Below are positions 22,375-32,434 of a stretch of DNA of 64,000 bases, piece after piece (position 1 is the stretch's first letter; each line of letters begins with the position of its first letter). The notes under the pieces are model-generated. The model saw only the letters and a list, made by a program, of their open reading frames with translations, had not been told where the DNA came from and ran no database searches. This stretch comes from Dehalococcoidia bacterium (lineage in GTDB: Bacteria; Chloroflexota; Dehalococcoidia; Bin125). The DNA is taken from positions 1,092,782-1,156,781 of the forward strand of contig OZ241962.1 of the NCBI GenBank assembly GCA_965203995.1, read 5' to 3'. The position numbers and the translations under genes are program-made.

Positions 22375-24123
22375 CTAGCGAATAAACCCTTCGTAATTGC
22401 GCATCAGCAGTTGCGCTTCAATCTGTCGCATCGTGTCCAGCGCGACCCCGACAACGATCAGCAGGCCGGTCGAAGAGATCGTCAAGGCCGTGGAGTCGGG
22501 AATGAACTCCGTCGCCAGGAACGGAACCACCGCGACAAAGCCCAGGAACAGCGCTCCCGCCCAGGTGATCCGAGCCAGCACGCGGTTGATGTAGTCCTGC
22601 GTGGGACGGCCCGGCCGGATGCCGGGAATGAACCCGCCCTGCTTCTGCAGATTCTCGGCCAGGTTCTGTTGCTGGAAGGTGACGAACGTGTAGAAGAACG
22701 TGAACCCGACGACCAGCACGAACGAGAGCGCCCAATACGCCGGTCGTCCCGGCGAGAGATTCAACTGGACCCAATCGGCCACCCGAATGATCCAGCCTGG
22801 ACGCTCGCCCAGCGTCTGACCCTCGGCGATGTCCGGCGTCAACGGATTGTCGGCCGGATCCTCATGCGTCTTGATCTCCGAGACCGCGATGAAGTTGCCC
22901 TCGCGATCGGAGAGCCGGATCGGATCCTCGGAGATCTCGTTGGCATCGATACGCCAGGCATAGAGCGTCTCCTGCGTGGCCTGGATCGTCGTCGTCTCGA
23001 CCTGGGTCAGGACGTTGGCGTCGGAGTTGGAGTTGATCCGATCCAGTACGTCCTGGAACGTGTCCTCTTCCTTGTCCCACTCGACGATGCCTTCATTGAC
23101 CGTGAACTCGCCGGAGTCGTCCAGCTCGGGCAGCAGCGTGGCCAGCGGCTGCTCCACGTCATCACGAGTGAACGGCAGCTCGACTGCGACCTGGGTCTGC
23201 GCTTCCTCGCCCGCCGCTCCGGTCACCCAGCCGGCCAGGACGGAAGGGAAAATGATGATCGAGAAAGCGAAGATCAACGGGATCATGCCGGCCGAGTTCA
23301 CCCGCAGCGGGATGTAGGATTGACCGCTCTGGCGGTACATCCTCCCTCCGCGGAACACCGATCGGGCGTATTGAACGGGAATCCTCCGCTGCGCCTCCTG
23401 GAAGAACACGATCAGGGCAACGAGGGCGATCGCAATCGCGATCACCACGGCGATGCCCGACCAACCAATGTCGGACAGCCGCACCGAGTTGAACAGCGTG
23501 GGGAAGCTGGCCACGATCCCGGCGAAGATGATCAGCGAGATGCCGTTGCCGACGCCTTTCTCCGTGATCAGTTCGCCCAGCCAGATCAGGAACATGGTGC
23601 CGGCTGTCATCGTCATCAGCGCCGACAGCGTGGGCAGCCACTCTTCGGCGCCGAAGCCAATCCCGGTGATCGCCCGGGCATTCTCGAGCAGCAGCAACTG
23701 ACCGTAACCCTGCACCACCGACATCGGCACTGCCAGCCAGTAGGTGTAGAGCTGAATCCGGTTACGGCCCGACTCGCCTTCCTGCGCCAGCGCTTGCAGG
23801 CGCGGCACGACCGGTTGCATCAGGTTCATCACGATCGACGCCGTGATGTAGGGATAGACGCCCAGGGCGACGATCGACAGGTTGTCCAACCCGCCGCCCG
23901 AGAACAGATTGAGGAACCCAAGCACCGGATTGTTGTCCAGCGCGTTCTCGAGCTGGGTCTTGTTGATGTCGGGAATCGGGACATGCGCGACCAGCCGGAA
24001 CACGACCAGCATGGCCAGGGTGAACGCGACTTTCTGGCGAACGTCCGGCTGACGCCAGGCGTCGACCAGGGCCTGCAGCAGCTTAGGCCTCGTCGGCCCC
24101 GCCGCTGTCTGGGCTCTCTGCAT
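22375..24123 (-). CDS. secY: Preprotein translocase SecY (582 aa, with ~140-aa insertion in an external loop)
   Basis: LSIVALGVYPYITASIVMNL, GNGISLIIFAGIV and GGFIPGIRPGRPT hallmark segments. Insert lies between ...FPSVLAGWVTG and RPAYWALSFVLVV. Confidence 0.9.
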   Translation of the reverse strand: MQRAQTAAGPTRPKLLQALVDAWRQPDVRQKVAFTLAMLVVFRLVAHVPIPDINKTQLENALDNNPVLGFLNLFSGGGLDNLSIVALGVYPYITASIVMNLMQPVVPRLQALAQEGESGRNRIQLYTYWLAVPMSVVQGYGQLLLLENARAITGIGFGAEEWLPTLSALMTMTAGTMFLIWLGELITEKGVGNGISLIIFAGIVASFPTLFNSVRLSDIGWSGIAVVIAIAIALVALIVFFQEAQRRIPVQYARSVFRGGRMYRQSGQSYIPLRVNSAGMIPLIFAFSIIIFPSVLAGWVTGAAGEEAQTQVAVELPFTRDDVEQPLATLLPELDDSGEFTVNEGIVEWDKEEDTFQDVLDRINSNSDANVLTQVETTTIQATQETLYAWRIDANEISEDPIRLSDREGNFIAVSEIKTHEDPADNPLTPDIAEGQTLGERPGWIIRVADWVQLNLSPGRPAYWALSFVLVVGFTFFYTFVTFQQQNLAENLQKQGGFIPGIRPGRPTQDYINRVLARITWAGALFLGFVAVVPFLATEFIPDSTALTISSTGLLIVVGVALDTMRQIEAQLLMRNYEGFIR

Positions 24124-24574
24124 TGATCACCTCGACGCTGCCGCCAGCGGCAACGATCTTTGCTTCGGCTGCCGACGAGATCCGTTCCACGCGCACCTGC
24201 AGGGCAGTGGAGATCTCACCGCCCGCGAGCACTTTGAATCGCTGCGACGCACGCCGCAGCAGTCCGGCTGCGACCAGCGCCTCGCTATCGACCGTATCAC
24301 CATCGGCGAAGCGTCGATCCAGATCGACGACGTTGATCGGTTGCGCTTCCACGCGGAAGGGGGCCTTGAAGCCCTTGCGCCGCGGCAGCGTGCGCATCAT
24401 CGACATCGCCCCGCCCTCGAACACCGAGTTGTAGTCGCGGCCCGCCCGTGATCGCTGTCCCTTGAGACCGCGACCCGAGTACGTGCCCTTGCCCGAGGCG
24501 TTGCCCCGGCCGACCCGCTTGCGCTTCTTCCGCGAACCGGGCGCCGGCCGCAGATCGTTGAGTCGCAGCACCAT
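24083..24574 (-). CDS. rplO: 50S ribosomal protein L15
   Basis: LNDLRPAPGSRKKRKRVGRGNASGKG. Confidence 0.95.
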   Translation of the reverse strand: MVLRLNDLRPAPGSRKKRKRVGRGNASGKGTYSGRGLKGQRSRAGRDYNSVFEGGAMSMMRTLPRRKGFKAPFRVEAQPINVVDLDRRFADGDTVDSEALVAAGLLRRASQRFKVLAGGEISTALQVRVERISSAAEAKIVAAGGSVEVINAESPDSGGADEA

Positions 24575-24762
24575 CAGGCGTCCTCGACTTCCGTCACCGT
24601 GACGAGATGGGAGACCTTCTGAATCATCCCGCGCACGTCCGGGGTGTCATCCTTGACCGTGCTCTGACCCAGCCGCCGCAGACCCAACGAGCGGATCGTG
24701 TGGCCCTGGTCGGACCGATAGCCGATCGCCGACTTCGTGTACGTGATCTTCAGTTGTGACAT
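24574..24762 (-). CDS. rpmD: 50S ribosomal protein L30
   Basis: [31 protein letters not shown]. Confidence 0.9.
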   Translation of the reverse strand: MSQLKITYTKSAIGYRSDQGHTIRSLGLRRLGQSTVKDDTPDVRGMIQKVSHLVTVTEVEDA

Positions 24763-24768
24763 GACCTG

Positions 24769-25380
24769 CTACTCGCTCGTTCCGGCGGCAGCGAGTTCGG
24801 CCTCTGGCGCCTCGGATTGCTCAACAGGCTCGGCCGCCGGCTCGTCGGGCACGCGGCCGGCCAGCCGCAGACGCTCGCGCCTTACCTGGACCGGATCGCG
24901 CAGTTGCTCGAGGGCACGCAGCGTGGCCTGAACCACGTTGACCACGTTGTTCGAACCCAGCGACTTGGACAGCACGTTGCGCAGTCCCGCCGCCTCCAGG
25001 ACGGCACGTACACCGCCGCCGGCGATCACACCGGTCCCGGGCGCCGCCGGCTTGAGCAGCACCTGCGACGCGCAGAATCGCGCAGTGATCGGATGGGGAA
25101 TCGTGCCATTGCGAATCGGCACGCTGACCATCTCACGCCTGGCAATCGTCGAACCCTTGCGAATCGCGTCCGGGACCTCGTTCGCCCGGCCAATCCCGAT
25201 GCCCACGCGCCCGGCGCCGTCGCCGACCACGACGACCGAGGTGAATGAGAACCGTCGACCGCCCTTGACCACCTTGGCCACGCGCGAGACCGCGACGACC
25301 TTTTCGATAATGTCGTCCTGCGGCTCGTCGCGGTCACGGCGGCGGCCTCTGCCGCGTCCGCCGTCTCGCTGTTGCACCAT
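24769..25380 (-). CDS. rpsE: 30S ribosomal protein S5
   Basis: [29 protein letters not shown]. Confidence 0.95.
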   Translation of the reverse strand: MVQQRDGGRGRGRRRDRDEPQDDIIEKVVAVSRVAKVVKGGRRFSFTSVVVVGDGAGRVGIGIGRANEVPDAIRKGSTIARREMVSVPIRNGTIPHPITARFCASQVLLKPAAPGTGVIAGGGVRAVLEAAGLRNVLSKSLGSNNVVNVVQATLRALEQLRDPVQVRRERLRLAGRVPDEPAAEPVEQSEAPEAELAAAGTSE

Positions 25381-25413
25381 GTCCTGCTCCTGTTTCTCGC
25401 CTTCGGTCGGCGG

Positions 25414-25797
25414 CTAGAAGACGAGTCCCGCCTCACGCGCGGCCTCGGCCAGCGCGCGGACGCGTCCGTGATACTGATACCCGGCGCGGTCGAAGACCAC
25501 GGTCGAAATGCCGGCATCCTGCGCCGTTTGAGCGAGTTGTCGGCCTACGGCGCGAGCGCTGGCCCGTTTGCCCGAACCGTCATCTTCGGTTGCTTGCGCC
25601 GCGCCGTCGCCCAGATCCGATGCGCTGACCAGGGTCACACCCAGATCGTCGTCGATGATCTGGCCATAAATGTGCCTGGCCGAGCGAAACACACAGAGCC
25701 GCGGACGCTGGGCCGTGCCGTGCACGCGCTTGCGCACCCGCAAGTGCCGACGCTTGCGCGCGGCATGGTTCGTCAGCCGCTTGCTGCGTACCGTCAT
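25414..25797 (-). CDS. rplR: 50S ribosomal protein L18
   Basis: [18 protein letters not shown] ... [14 protein letters not shown]. Confidence 0.95.
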   Translation of the reverse strand: MTVRSKRLTNHAARKRRHLRVRKRVHGTAQRPRLCVFRSARHIYGQIIDDDLGVTLVSASDLGDGAAQATEDDGSGKRASARAVGRQLAQTAQDAGISTVVFDRAGYQYHGRVRALAEAAREAGLVF

Positions 25798-25857
25798 CGT
25801 TTGTTCTCCAGATCAACGAGCTCCGGCCTGGGATTCCGGCGCCGATGCGCCGTGGCC

Positions 25858-26394
25858 CTAGCCGATTGCGCTCTTGCCCTGCTTGCGGCGAACCCATTCG
25901 CCCTGGTAGCGGATGCCTTTGCCCTTGTACGGCTCGGGCGGCCGCACCGCGCGAATCTCCGCCGCCTGCTGGCCAACGACTTGCTTGTTCGCTCCCCGCA
26001 CGTGGACCAACTGGCCCTCGACGGCAAACTCGATGCCGTCCGGCGGCTCTTTGCGCACCAGGTGCGAATAACCCACGCGCAGCACCAGCGTGCGGCCGTC
26101 CATTTCGGCCCGGTAACCCGTGCCCTGGATCTCCAGCGTCTTCGTCCAACCCTCGGACACGCCGGTCACCATGTTCTGGATCAAGGACCGCGCCAGACCG
26201 TGCTGGGCTCGATGCTCGCGCCGATCGCTGGGCCGTGTGACGACGATCTCGCCTTCATCCAGCGCCACGTGCAGATCTCGGTGCAGGTCCTGCGCCAGTT
26301 CGCCGCGCGGTCCCTTGACCGACACGTGGCCGGGCTCGATCTCCACGCTCACACCGGCCGGAACCGGCACGGGTAGACGACCCACTCGACTCAT
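25858..26394 (-). CDS. rplF: 50S ribosomal protein L6
   Basis: MSRVGRLPVPVPAGVSVE ... VSVKGPRGEL. Confidence 0.95.
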   Translation of the reverse strand: MSRVGRLPVPVPAGVSVEIEPGHVSVKGPRGELAQDLHRDLHVALDEGEIVVTRPSDRREHRAQHGLARSLIQNMVTGVSEGWTKTLEIQGTGYRAEMDGRTLVLRVGYSHLVRKEPPDGIEFAVEGQLVHVRGANKQVVGQQAAEIRAVRPPEPYKGKGIRYQGEWVRRKQGKSAIG

Positions 26395-26425
26395 CGTCCC
26401 ACTCCCGTCCTGAATGCTCGACTGC

Positions 26426-26830
26426 TCACCAGACGAAGCACAGCACTTCTCCGCCCACGTTTTCGCGACGCGCCTGCGCGCCGGTCATGACGCCTCGCGG
26501 CGTCGTCAGAATCGCCACGCCCAGACCGCCGTACGGCCGCGGAATCTCGCGCTTCTGCACGTAGACCCGCAGACCCGGGCGCGAGACGCGCTTGAGACCC
26601 GTCACCACCGAGGTTCCTTCTTCGTCGTACAACAACTCGACATCGAGATCGCGACCGGCACGGCCGGCGCGCTCGCGGACCTCGTACGAACGGATGAAGC
26701 CTTCCTCTTCGAGCACACTGGCAATCGAGATCTTCATCTTCGACGCCGGAATCTCCACGCGCGGATGTCCCGCGTGGATCGCATTGCGAATGCGCGTCAG
26801 CATGTCGGCGACGGGATCGGTCACTGGCAT
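26426..26830 (-). CDS. rpsH: 30S ribosomal protein S8
   Basis: MPVTDPVADMLTRIRNA. Confidence 0.95.
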   Translation of the reverse strand: MPVTDPVADMLTRIRNAIHAGHPRVEIPASKMKISIASVLEEEGFIRSYEVRERAGRAGRDLDVELLYDEEGTSVVTGLKRVSRPGLRVYVQKREIPRPYGGLGVAILTTPRGVMTGAQARRENVGGEVLCFVW

Positions 26831-26903
26831 TACGAATCCTGCCTGCTAGCACAGTTCCTGGATGCTCTGACTGTGCTGGACGTTCGGTCTCTCATGTCGG
26901 CTC

Positions 26904-27488
26904 TCACTGCGTCCGCTCGAAGGGAAAGCCGAGCAGCTCCAGCAGCCGTCGGCCCTCCGCGTCGGTCCGCGCCGTGGTAATGATGTTCACCTGCAGCGAG
27001 CGCACCTTGTCGACGTTGCCGTAATCAATCTCGGGAAACACGATCTGCTCGCGAATCCCCAGCGAGTAGTTGCCGCGCCCGTCGAACGCCGTCCGCGAGA
27101 CGCCCTGGAAGTCGCGAATACGCGGCAGCGCCGCGTTAATCGTTCGGTCCAGGAACTCCCACATCCGTGCGCCGCGCAGAGTGCACGAGACGCCGACGTT
27201 GTTGCCTTCCCGCAGCTTGAAGTTCGCGATCGACTTCTTCGCCTTGTTGATCACCGGCTTTTGACCGGTGATCGCAGTGATGTCGGCCACACAGTTCTCG
27301 AGGATTGCCGCGCCACCCTGGCCCAGCGCCTCGCCGACGCCCGAGTTGACCACCACCTTCACCACCCGTGGCACCTGCATCACGTTCTCAAAGCGGAACT
27401 CCTCGAACAGCCGCGGCGCGATCTCATCGTCGAAGCGCTGCTTCAGACGTGGGGCCTCGACGCTGTGCTCGGTTGCCTGTGTCGTCAT
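26904..27488 (-). CDS. rplE: 50S ribosomal protein L5
   Basis: RLKQRFDDEIAPRLFEEF ... VPRVVKVVVN. Confidence 0.95.
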   Translation of the reverse strand: MTTQATEHSVEAPRLKQRFDDEIAPRLFEEFRFENVMQVPRVVKVVVNSGVGEALGQGGAAILENCVADITAITGQKPVINKAKKSIANFKLREGNNVGVSCTLRGARMWEFLDRTINAALPRIRDFQGVSRTAFDGRGNYSLGIREQIVFPEIDYGNVDKVRSLQVNIITTARTDAEGRRLLELLGFPFERTQ

Positions 27489-27802
27489 CAGTCAATATCC
27501 CCATCGCACTTGCGGCAGACCCGCGTCTTCACGCCATCGGCCCGTTCGCGGAAACCGACCCGGCTCGGCAGATCGCAGATCGGACAGACTACGGCCACCT
27601 TCGACTCGTGCAGCGGCGCCTCACGCTCGATGATTCCGGCGGGTGCGCCGAGCTGCGTCGCCTGCATGTGCCGCTTGACCATGTTGAGACCGGTGACAAT
27701 CACGCGCTGCTCTCTCGGCAGCACTTGCCGCACCTGACCGCGGCGGCCTCGATCTTTACCGCTCCGCACTTCGACCAGGTCGTCACGCTGTATTCGACGC
27801 AT
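27488..27802 (-). CDS. rplX: 50S ribosomal protein L24 (C-terminal CxxC...CxxC)
   Basis: RDDLVEVRSGKDRGRRGQV KOW motif. C-terminus VVCPICDL...RVCRKCDGDID. Confidence 0.9.
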   Translation of the reverse strand: MRRIQRDDLVEVRSGKDRGRRGQVRQVLPREQRVIVTGLNMVKRHMQATQLGAPAGIIEREAPLHESKVAVVCPICDLPSRVGFRERADGVKTRVCRKCDGDID

Positions 27803-28174
27803 CTAGACCACCTCCGGCGCCAGCGAGACGATGCGCATGAAGTCTCGCTCCCTCAACTCCCGCGCGACGGGTCCGAGGATCCGGGTTCCGGTCGGGTTCT
27901 GACCGTCGGCGCCCAGAATGACGGCCGCGTTGTCGTCGAATCGAATATAGGAACCGTCCACGCGCCGATACTGCTTGGCCACCCGCACGATCACCGCGCG
28001 AACGACCTGGCCGGCGCGAACCTCGCGGTTGGGATCGGCTTGCTTGACCGTCGCCACAATCGTGTCGCCGACCGAGGCGTAGCGCCGCTTGGTCCCGCCC
28101 AGCACGCGGATGCACTTGATCACCCGGGCGCCCGAGTTGTCCGCGACACGCAGGGATGATTCCTGCTGGATCAC
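27803..28174 (-). CDS. rplN: 50S ribosomal protein L14
   Basis: [27 protein letters not shown]. Confidence 0.95.
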   Translation of the reverse strand: MIQQESSLRVADNSGARVIKCIRVLGGTKRRYASVGDTIVATVKQADPNREVRAGQVVRAVIVRVAKQYRRVDGSYIRFDDNAAVILGADGQNPTGTRILGPVARELRERDFMRIVSLAPEVV

Positions 28175-28515
28175 TCCGAATCCTCACTCCCCGTGGCCGC
28201 TTCCGCCGCAGCGGCCGAGGTTGCTTCGTCCAGCGACGGCGCCCCGATCTCCTGCGGCTGAATCTCGGCCACCTCGCGGCGCTCGAGGATTTCAACCACT
28301 CGCCACGACTTGCGCTTCGATAGCGGACGGCATTCCTCGATCACCACACGGTCGCCAATCTTGCAGTCGTTCAGCTCGTCGTGCGCCAGGTAGCGCTTGC
28401 GACGGCGCATCACTTTCTTGTACAGCGGGTGACGCACAGTGCGCTCCACGTGAACCGATACGGTCTTGTGCTGTGCATCGGCGACAGCAAATCCGACACG
28501 TCGTTTGCGAGCCAT
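28171..28515 (-). CDS. rpsQ: 30S ribosomal protein S17 (with ~30-aa acidic tail)
   Basis: [29 protein letters not shown]. Confidence 0.9.
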   Translation of the reverse strand: MARKRRVGFAVADAQHKTVSVHVERTVRHPLYKKVMRRRKRYLAHDELNDCKIGDRVVIEECRPLSKRKSWRVVEILERREVAEIQPQEIGAPSLDEATSAAAAEAATGSEDSE

Positions 28516-28518
28516 CGG

Positions 28519-28845
28519 TTACGCTTCCTCGCTCGGCGAACCGGACTCCGGCTCTGCCTGGTTCTCAGGTTCGTCTTCGGTCTCCGGTTCGTCCGCGACG
28601 GATTCGGCGACCCGGGCGAGTGGCTCGATCGGCTCGCCGCGCGCCTCGGCCAGTTGGCGCTCACGCAGAATCGTACGCAGCCGCGCGACCTGCCGTTTCG
28701 CCTGTCGCATCGCCATCGGATTCTGCAGTTGCCGCGTGCCGCGCTGGAACTGCAGATTGAACACCTCGCGATAGGCCTCGTTGATCGCCTCGCCCAACTC
28801 GCCATCGGTCATCGAGCGGGCCTCGTCGGCCAGTGGATTCGGCAT
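28519..28845 (-). CDS. rpmC: 50S ribosomal protein L29 (with ~40-aa acidic tail)
   Basis: MTDGELGEAINEAYREVFNLQFQRGTRQLQN. Confidence 0.9.
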   Translation of the reverse strand: MPNPLADEARSMTDGELGEAINEAYREVFNLQFQRGTRQLQNPMAMRQAKRQVARLRTILRERQLAEARGEPIEPLARVAESVADEPETEDEPENQAEPESGSPSEEA

Positions 28846-28847
28846 CG

Positions 28848-29267
28848 CTAGACCACCTCCGCCTCTCGCACCACCACACGCGTGCGCACCGGCAGCTTGT
28901 GGCTCGCGCGGCGCAGCGCCTCACGGGCATCCTCCTCTGGCACGCCGGCCAGCTCGAACAAGACCCGTCCCGGCTTGACCACCGCAACCCACTTCTCGGG
29001 CGCGCCCTTGCCTTTGCCCATCCGCGTCTCGGCCGGCTTCTGCGTCACCGACTTGTCCGGGAACACGCGAATCCAGACCTTGCCGCCACGGCGGACATAG
29101 TGGGTGATCGCACGCCGCGCCGCCTCGATCTGGCGCCCGTCGATCCAGGCTGCCTCCAATGACTGCAAGCCGATCTCGCCGAACGCGACCGAGTTGCCCG
29201 TCTGGGCCATGCCGCGGCGTCGACCGCGGTGATGCTTGCGCCACTTGACTCGTCTCGGCTGAAGCAT
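28848..29267 (-). CDS. rplP: 50S ribosomal protein L16
   Basis: [21 protein letters not shown]. Confidence 0.95.
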   Translation of the reverse strand: MLQPRRVKWRKHHRGRRRGMAQTGNSVAFGEIGLQSLEAAWIDGRQIEAARRAITHYVRRGGKVWIRVFPDKSVTQKPAETRMGKGKGAPEKWVAVVKPGRVLFELAGVPEEDAREALRRASHKLPVRTRVVVREAEVV

Positions 29268-29977
29268 CAGCGGCCTCCCCGTCCACCGGCGACCGGCGGC
29301 TCAATCGCCTGGGCCGGTCCGCCCGTGCCGTCCGGTTCCGCGCCGAAGGGCAGAATCTCGCCCTTGTAGATCCACACCTTCACGCCAATCTTGCCAAACA
29401 CGGTGTTGGCCTCGGCGAAGCCGTAGTCGATGTCGGCCCGTAGCGTGTGCAAGGGCACCCGGCCCGACATCTCTTGCGCCTTGCGCGACATCTCGGCCCC
29501 GCCCAGGCGGCCCGAAATGATGATCTTCGCTCCCTGCGCGCCCCGCTGCATCGTCCGCTGCACTGCTTGCTTGATCGCCCGACGGAACGCGATCCGGCGC
29601 TCCATCTGCTCGGCCACGTTGCGCGCCACGAGCTGCGCATCCAGCTCCGGCACGCGAATCTCGGAGACGTCTACGCGCAGCCGAATCGGACGCGCGATCA
29701 ACCGCTCCAGGTCCTTGCGCAGCTCCTCGACGTTTTGTCCGCCCCGGCCAATCACGATGCCTGGCTTCGCCGTATGCAGCTTGACCCCGAGCTGATTCGC
29801 GTTTCGCTCGATGTCGACCCGCGAGATCATCGCCTCGTTCAGTCGCTCGTTGATGAAGTCGCGGATCTTGCGATCCTCGGCCAGCAACTCCGCATACTGC
29901 TTGTCCGAGTACCACTGCGAGCGCCACTCGTAGATCGTGCCGATGCGAAAACTGGTGGGATGTACTTTCTGTCCCAT
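29267..29977 (-). CDS. rpsC: 30S ribosomal protein S3
   Basis: [25 protein letters not shown]. Confidence 0.95.
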   Translation of the reverse strand: MGQKVHPTSFRIGTIYEWRSQWYSDKQYAELLAEDRKIRDFINERLNEAMISRVDIERNANQLGVKLHTAKPGIVIGRGGQNVEELRKDLERLIARPIRLRVDVSEIRVPELDAQLVARNVAEQMERRIAFRRAIKQAVQRTMQRGAQGAKIIISGRLGGAEMSRKAQEMSGRVPLHTLRADIDYGFAEANTVFGKIGVKVWIYKGEILPFGAEPDGTGGPAQAIEPPVAGGRGGR

Positions 29978-30000
29978 GGCGAGTTCCGTCCCCTGCGTCC

Positions 30001-30342
30001 CTATTGGTCGTTGCCGTCGGACACGACGACGGTGATGTGCGCGGTGCGCTTCAGAATCCGGCCAACCCGCCCACGCGCCTTCGCCTTGAACCGGCGCAGC
30101 GTGCGGCCGTCGCCGGCCTCGATCGAGTGAATGTGCAGGTCGCGGGCGTCGAGCCCGTAGTTGTTCTCCGCATTCGCCACCGCCGAGTCCAGCACCTTCG
30201 CCACGTCACGGGCGATTGGCTTGGGTGTGAAGCGAAGCTGCAACCGCGCGTCCTCAACCGGCATCCCACGCAGTCCCTGCATGACAAGTCGGACCTTGCG
30301 CGGCGAGGTGCGCACGAACTTGGCGCTGGCCTGTACCTGCAT
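30001..30342 (-). CDS. rplV: 50S ribosomal protein L22
   Basis: [26 protein letters not shown]. Confidence 0.95.
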   Translation of the reverse strand: MQVQASAKFVRTSPRKVRLVMQGLRGMPVEDARLQLRFTPKPIARDVAKVLDSAVANAENNYGLDARDLHIHSIEAGDGRTLRRFKAKARGRVGRILKRTAHITVVVSDGNDQ

Positions 30343-30626
30343 CAGCGCACCCGCGTCCCACGGTCGGAACGACCGATGTGCCCGCGGAAGGTCCGCGTGG
30401 GCGCAAACTCGCCCAGCTTGTGACCAACCATGTTCTCGGTCACGAAGACCGGCACATGACGCCGCCCGTCGTGCACTGCGATCGTCAGGCCGACCATCTC
30501 GGGCACGATTGTTGAGGCGCGCGCCCAGGTCTGGATCACCGTTCGCGCGCCCGCCGCGCGGACCCGCTGCACCTTCTGCATCAGCTTGTGGTCCACGTAG
30601 GGACCCTTCTTCGTCGATCGGGACAT
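30342..30626 (-). CDS. rpsS: 30S ribosomal protein S19
   Basis: [19 protein letters not shown]. Confidence 0.95.
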   Translation of the reverse strand: MSRSTKKGPYVDHKLMQKVQRVRAAGARTVIQTWARASTIVPEMVGLTIAVHDGRRHVPVFVTENMVGHKLGEFAPTRTFRGHIGRSDRGTRVR

Positions 30627-30647
30627 CGCGATAGACCTCTGTCTTCC

Positions 30648-31484
30648 TTAGCGCCGTCGGCCGCGGCGGCGAACGATGTACTTGTCGGACTGCTTCTTGC
30701 CGCGCGTGCGGCGGCCCAGCGTGTACCAGCCCCAGGGCGATTTGGGCCCGGGCAGGCCAATCGGCGCCTTGCCCTCGCCGCCGCCGTGCGGGTGATCGAC
30801 CGGGTTCATCACCGATCCGCGAACCTGCGGCCGCCGGCCGCGGTGTCGGTTGCGCCCGGCCTTGCCAAGCTTGATGTTGGAGTGCTCGACGTTGCCCACC
30901 TGGCCAATCGTCGCGTAACAGGCTGAGCGCACTCGCCGCATCTCGCCCGACGGCAGACGCAGCAGCGCGTAATCGCCTTCCTTCGCCATGATCTGCGCCG
31001 ACGCCCCGGCGGAACGCACCATCTGCGCACCACGGCCTTCGGTCAGCTCCACGTTGTGCACCTGCGTGCCGTTGGGAATCGCCGCCATCGGCAGCGCGTT
31101 ACCCACTCGGATCGGCGCTTCCGGACCAGACATCACCCGGTCGTCCACCTTGAGACCGTTCGGCGCCACGATGTATCGCTTCTCGCCGTCGGTGTAGAAG
31201 ATCAGCGCGATCCGCGCTGTGCGGTTCGGGTCGTACTCAATCGCCGCCACCCGGCCTTCGATTCCCGCTCGGTCGCGCCGCTTCCAGTCGATGATCCGGT
31301 AACGCCGCTTGTGTCCGCCACCGCGATGACGGACGGTCACCCGACCCTTGTTGTTGCGTCCCGACTTCTTCTTGAGCGGAGCCAGGAGGCTCTTCTCCGG
31401 CTTCTTCTTGGTGATCTCCTCAAACGTGTGGCCCGAGGAGTTGCGTCGACCGGGAGATGTCGGTTTGAAGTTCTTGATTGGCAC
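30648..31484 (-). CDS. rplB: 50S ribosomal protein L2
   Basis: [19 protein letters not shown] ... [15 protein letters not shown]. Confidence 0.95.
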   Translation of the reverse strand: MPIKNFKPTSPGRRNSSGHTFEEITKKKPEKSLLAPLKKKSGRNNKGRVTVRHRGGGHKRRYRIIDWKRRDRAGIEGRVAAIEYDPNRTARIALIFYTDGEKRYIVAPNGLKVDDRVMSGPEAPIRVGNALPMAAIPNGTQVHNVELTEGRGAQMVRSAGASAQIMAKEGDYALLRLPSGEMRRVRSACYATIGQVGNVEHSNIKLGKAGRNRHRGRRPQVRGSVMNPVDHPHGGGEGKAPIGLPGPKSPWGWYTLGRRTRGKKQSDKYIVRRRGRRR

Positions 31485-31485
31485 G

Positions 31486-31785
31486 TCAGACCCCCTCGAA
31501 CAGGCGGATCTCGTAGCCGTCTGCTAACGTCACGATCGCCTTTTTCCAGTCGCGCTCCCGACCCGGACGGCCGCGACCGATCCGCTTCGTATCGCCGCGC
31601 ACGTTGATCACATTCACCTTGGTCACCTGCACCGAGAACGCAATCTCGATGGCCTCGCGAATCTGTAGCTTGTTCGCCCGAGGATCGACCTCGAACACGT
31701 ACTTGCCATGCTCCGCCAACTCGGTCGATTTCTCAGTGATGATCGGTTCGCGCAGCACCGCGTAGGGATGAATGTCCTTAGGCAT
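31486..31785 (-). CDS. rplW: 50S ribosomal protein L23
   Basis: [17 protein letters not shown]. Confidence 0.9.
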   Translation of the reverse strand: MPKDIHPYAVLREPIITEKSTELAEHGKYVFEVDPRANKLQIREAIEIAFSVQVTKVNVINVRGDTKRIGRGRPGRERDWKKAIVTLADGYEIRLFEGV

Positions 31786-32434
31786 CGCCAGCCTCCTCCG
31801 CCCCGTCCGATTCGACTGCCCACATTGCCTCGCAGCGGCGCACCGCAGCCTCGGTCATGACCAACTGGTCGTGCGTGAGGATCAGATAACTGCTCAACGT
31901 CTGCGCCGGCATCGCCTGAATGTTGGGCAGATTCTTCGTACCCCGCAGCAACGCCTCGTCTACACCGTCCGACACAACCAGCGCCGTGCGCTCGATGCCC
32001 AGTGTTCGGCAGAGGCTCGCCATCGCCGACGTCTTCGCCTCGAACTCGACGTCCGGAGCGGCCACGATCACGCCGCCCTCGGCCGCCCGTTGCGAGAGCA
32101 AGGAGCGAATCGCCAGCCGTCTCATGCGCTTGGGCAGGCGCTGCCGGTACGAGCGCGGATGCGGCCCGTGCGCCACGGCTCCACCGATCCGGGTCGGCGA
32201 CGATGGCGTGCCCATCCGAGCCCGACCGCCGCCCTTCTGACGCCCGGTCTTCTTCGACGCCTGGCGAATGTCTGACCGATTCATCGTCGAACTGGTGCCC
32301 TGGCGCTCGTTCGCGCGTTGCGCGGTCACCGCCTGATGCACCACCGCGAGGTTTGGCTCGATGCCAAAGACCGAATCGTCCGCGTCGATCTCGCCGGCGG
32401 CCTGACCCTGCGCGTCAATCAGCGGGAGTTTCAT
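31778..32434 (-). CDS. rplD: 50S ribosomal protein L4
   Basis: VHQAVTAQRANERQGTSSTMNRSDIRQASKKTGRQKGGGRAR. Confidence 0.95.
   Translation of the reverse strand: MKLPLIDAQGQAAGEIDADDSVFGIEPNLAVVHQAVTAQRANERQGTSSTMNRSDIRQASKKTGRQKGGGRARMGTPSSPTRIGGAVAHGPHPRSYRQRLPKRMRRLAIRSLLSQRAAEGGVIVAAPDVEFEAKTSAMASLCRTLGIERTALVVSDGVDEALLRGTKNLPNIQAMPAQTLSSYLILTHDQLVMTEAAVRRCEAMWAVESDGAEEAGDA

Noticed and set aside
22411-24126. 571-aa plus-strand ORF
   Set aside because: Antisense shadow of secY. The R/D/G-rich translation has no motifs.
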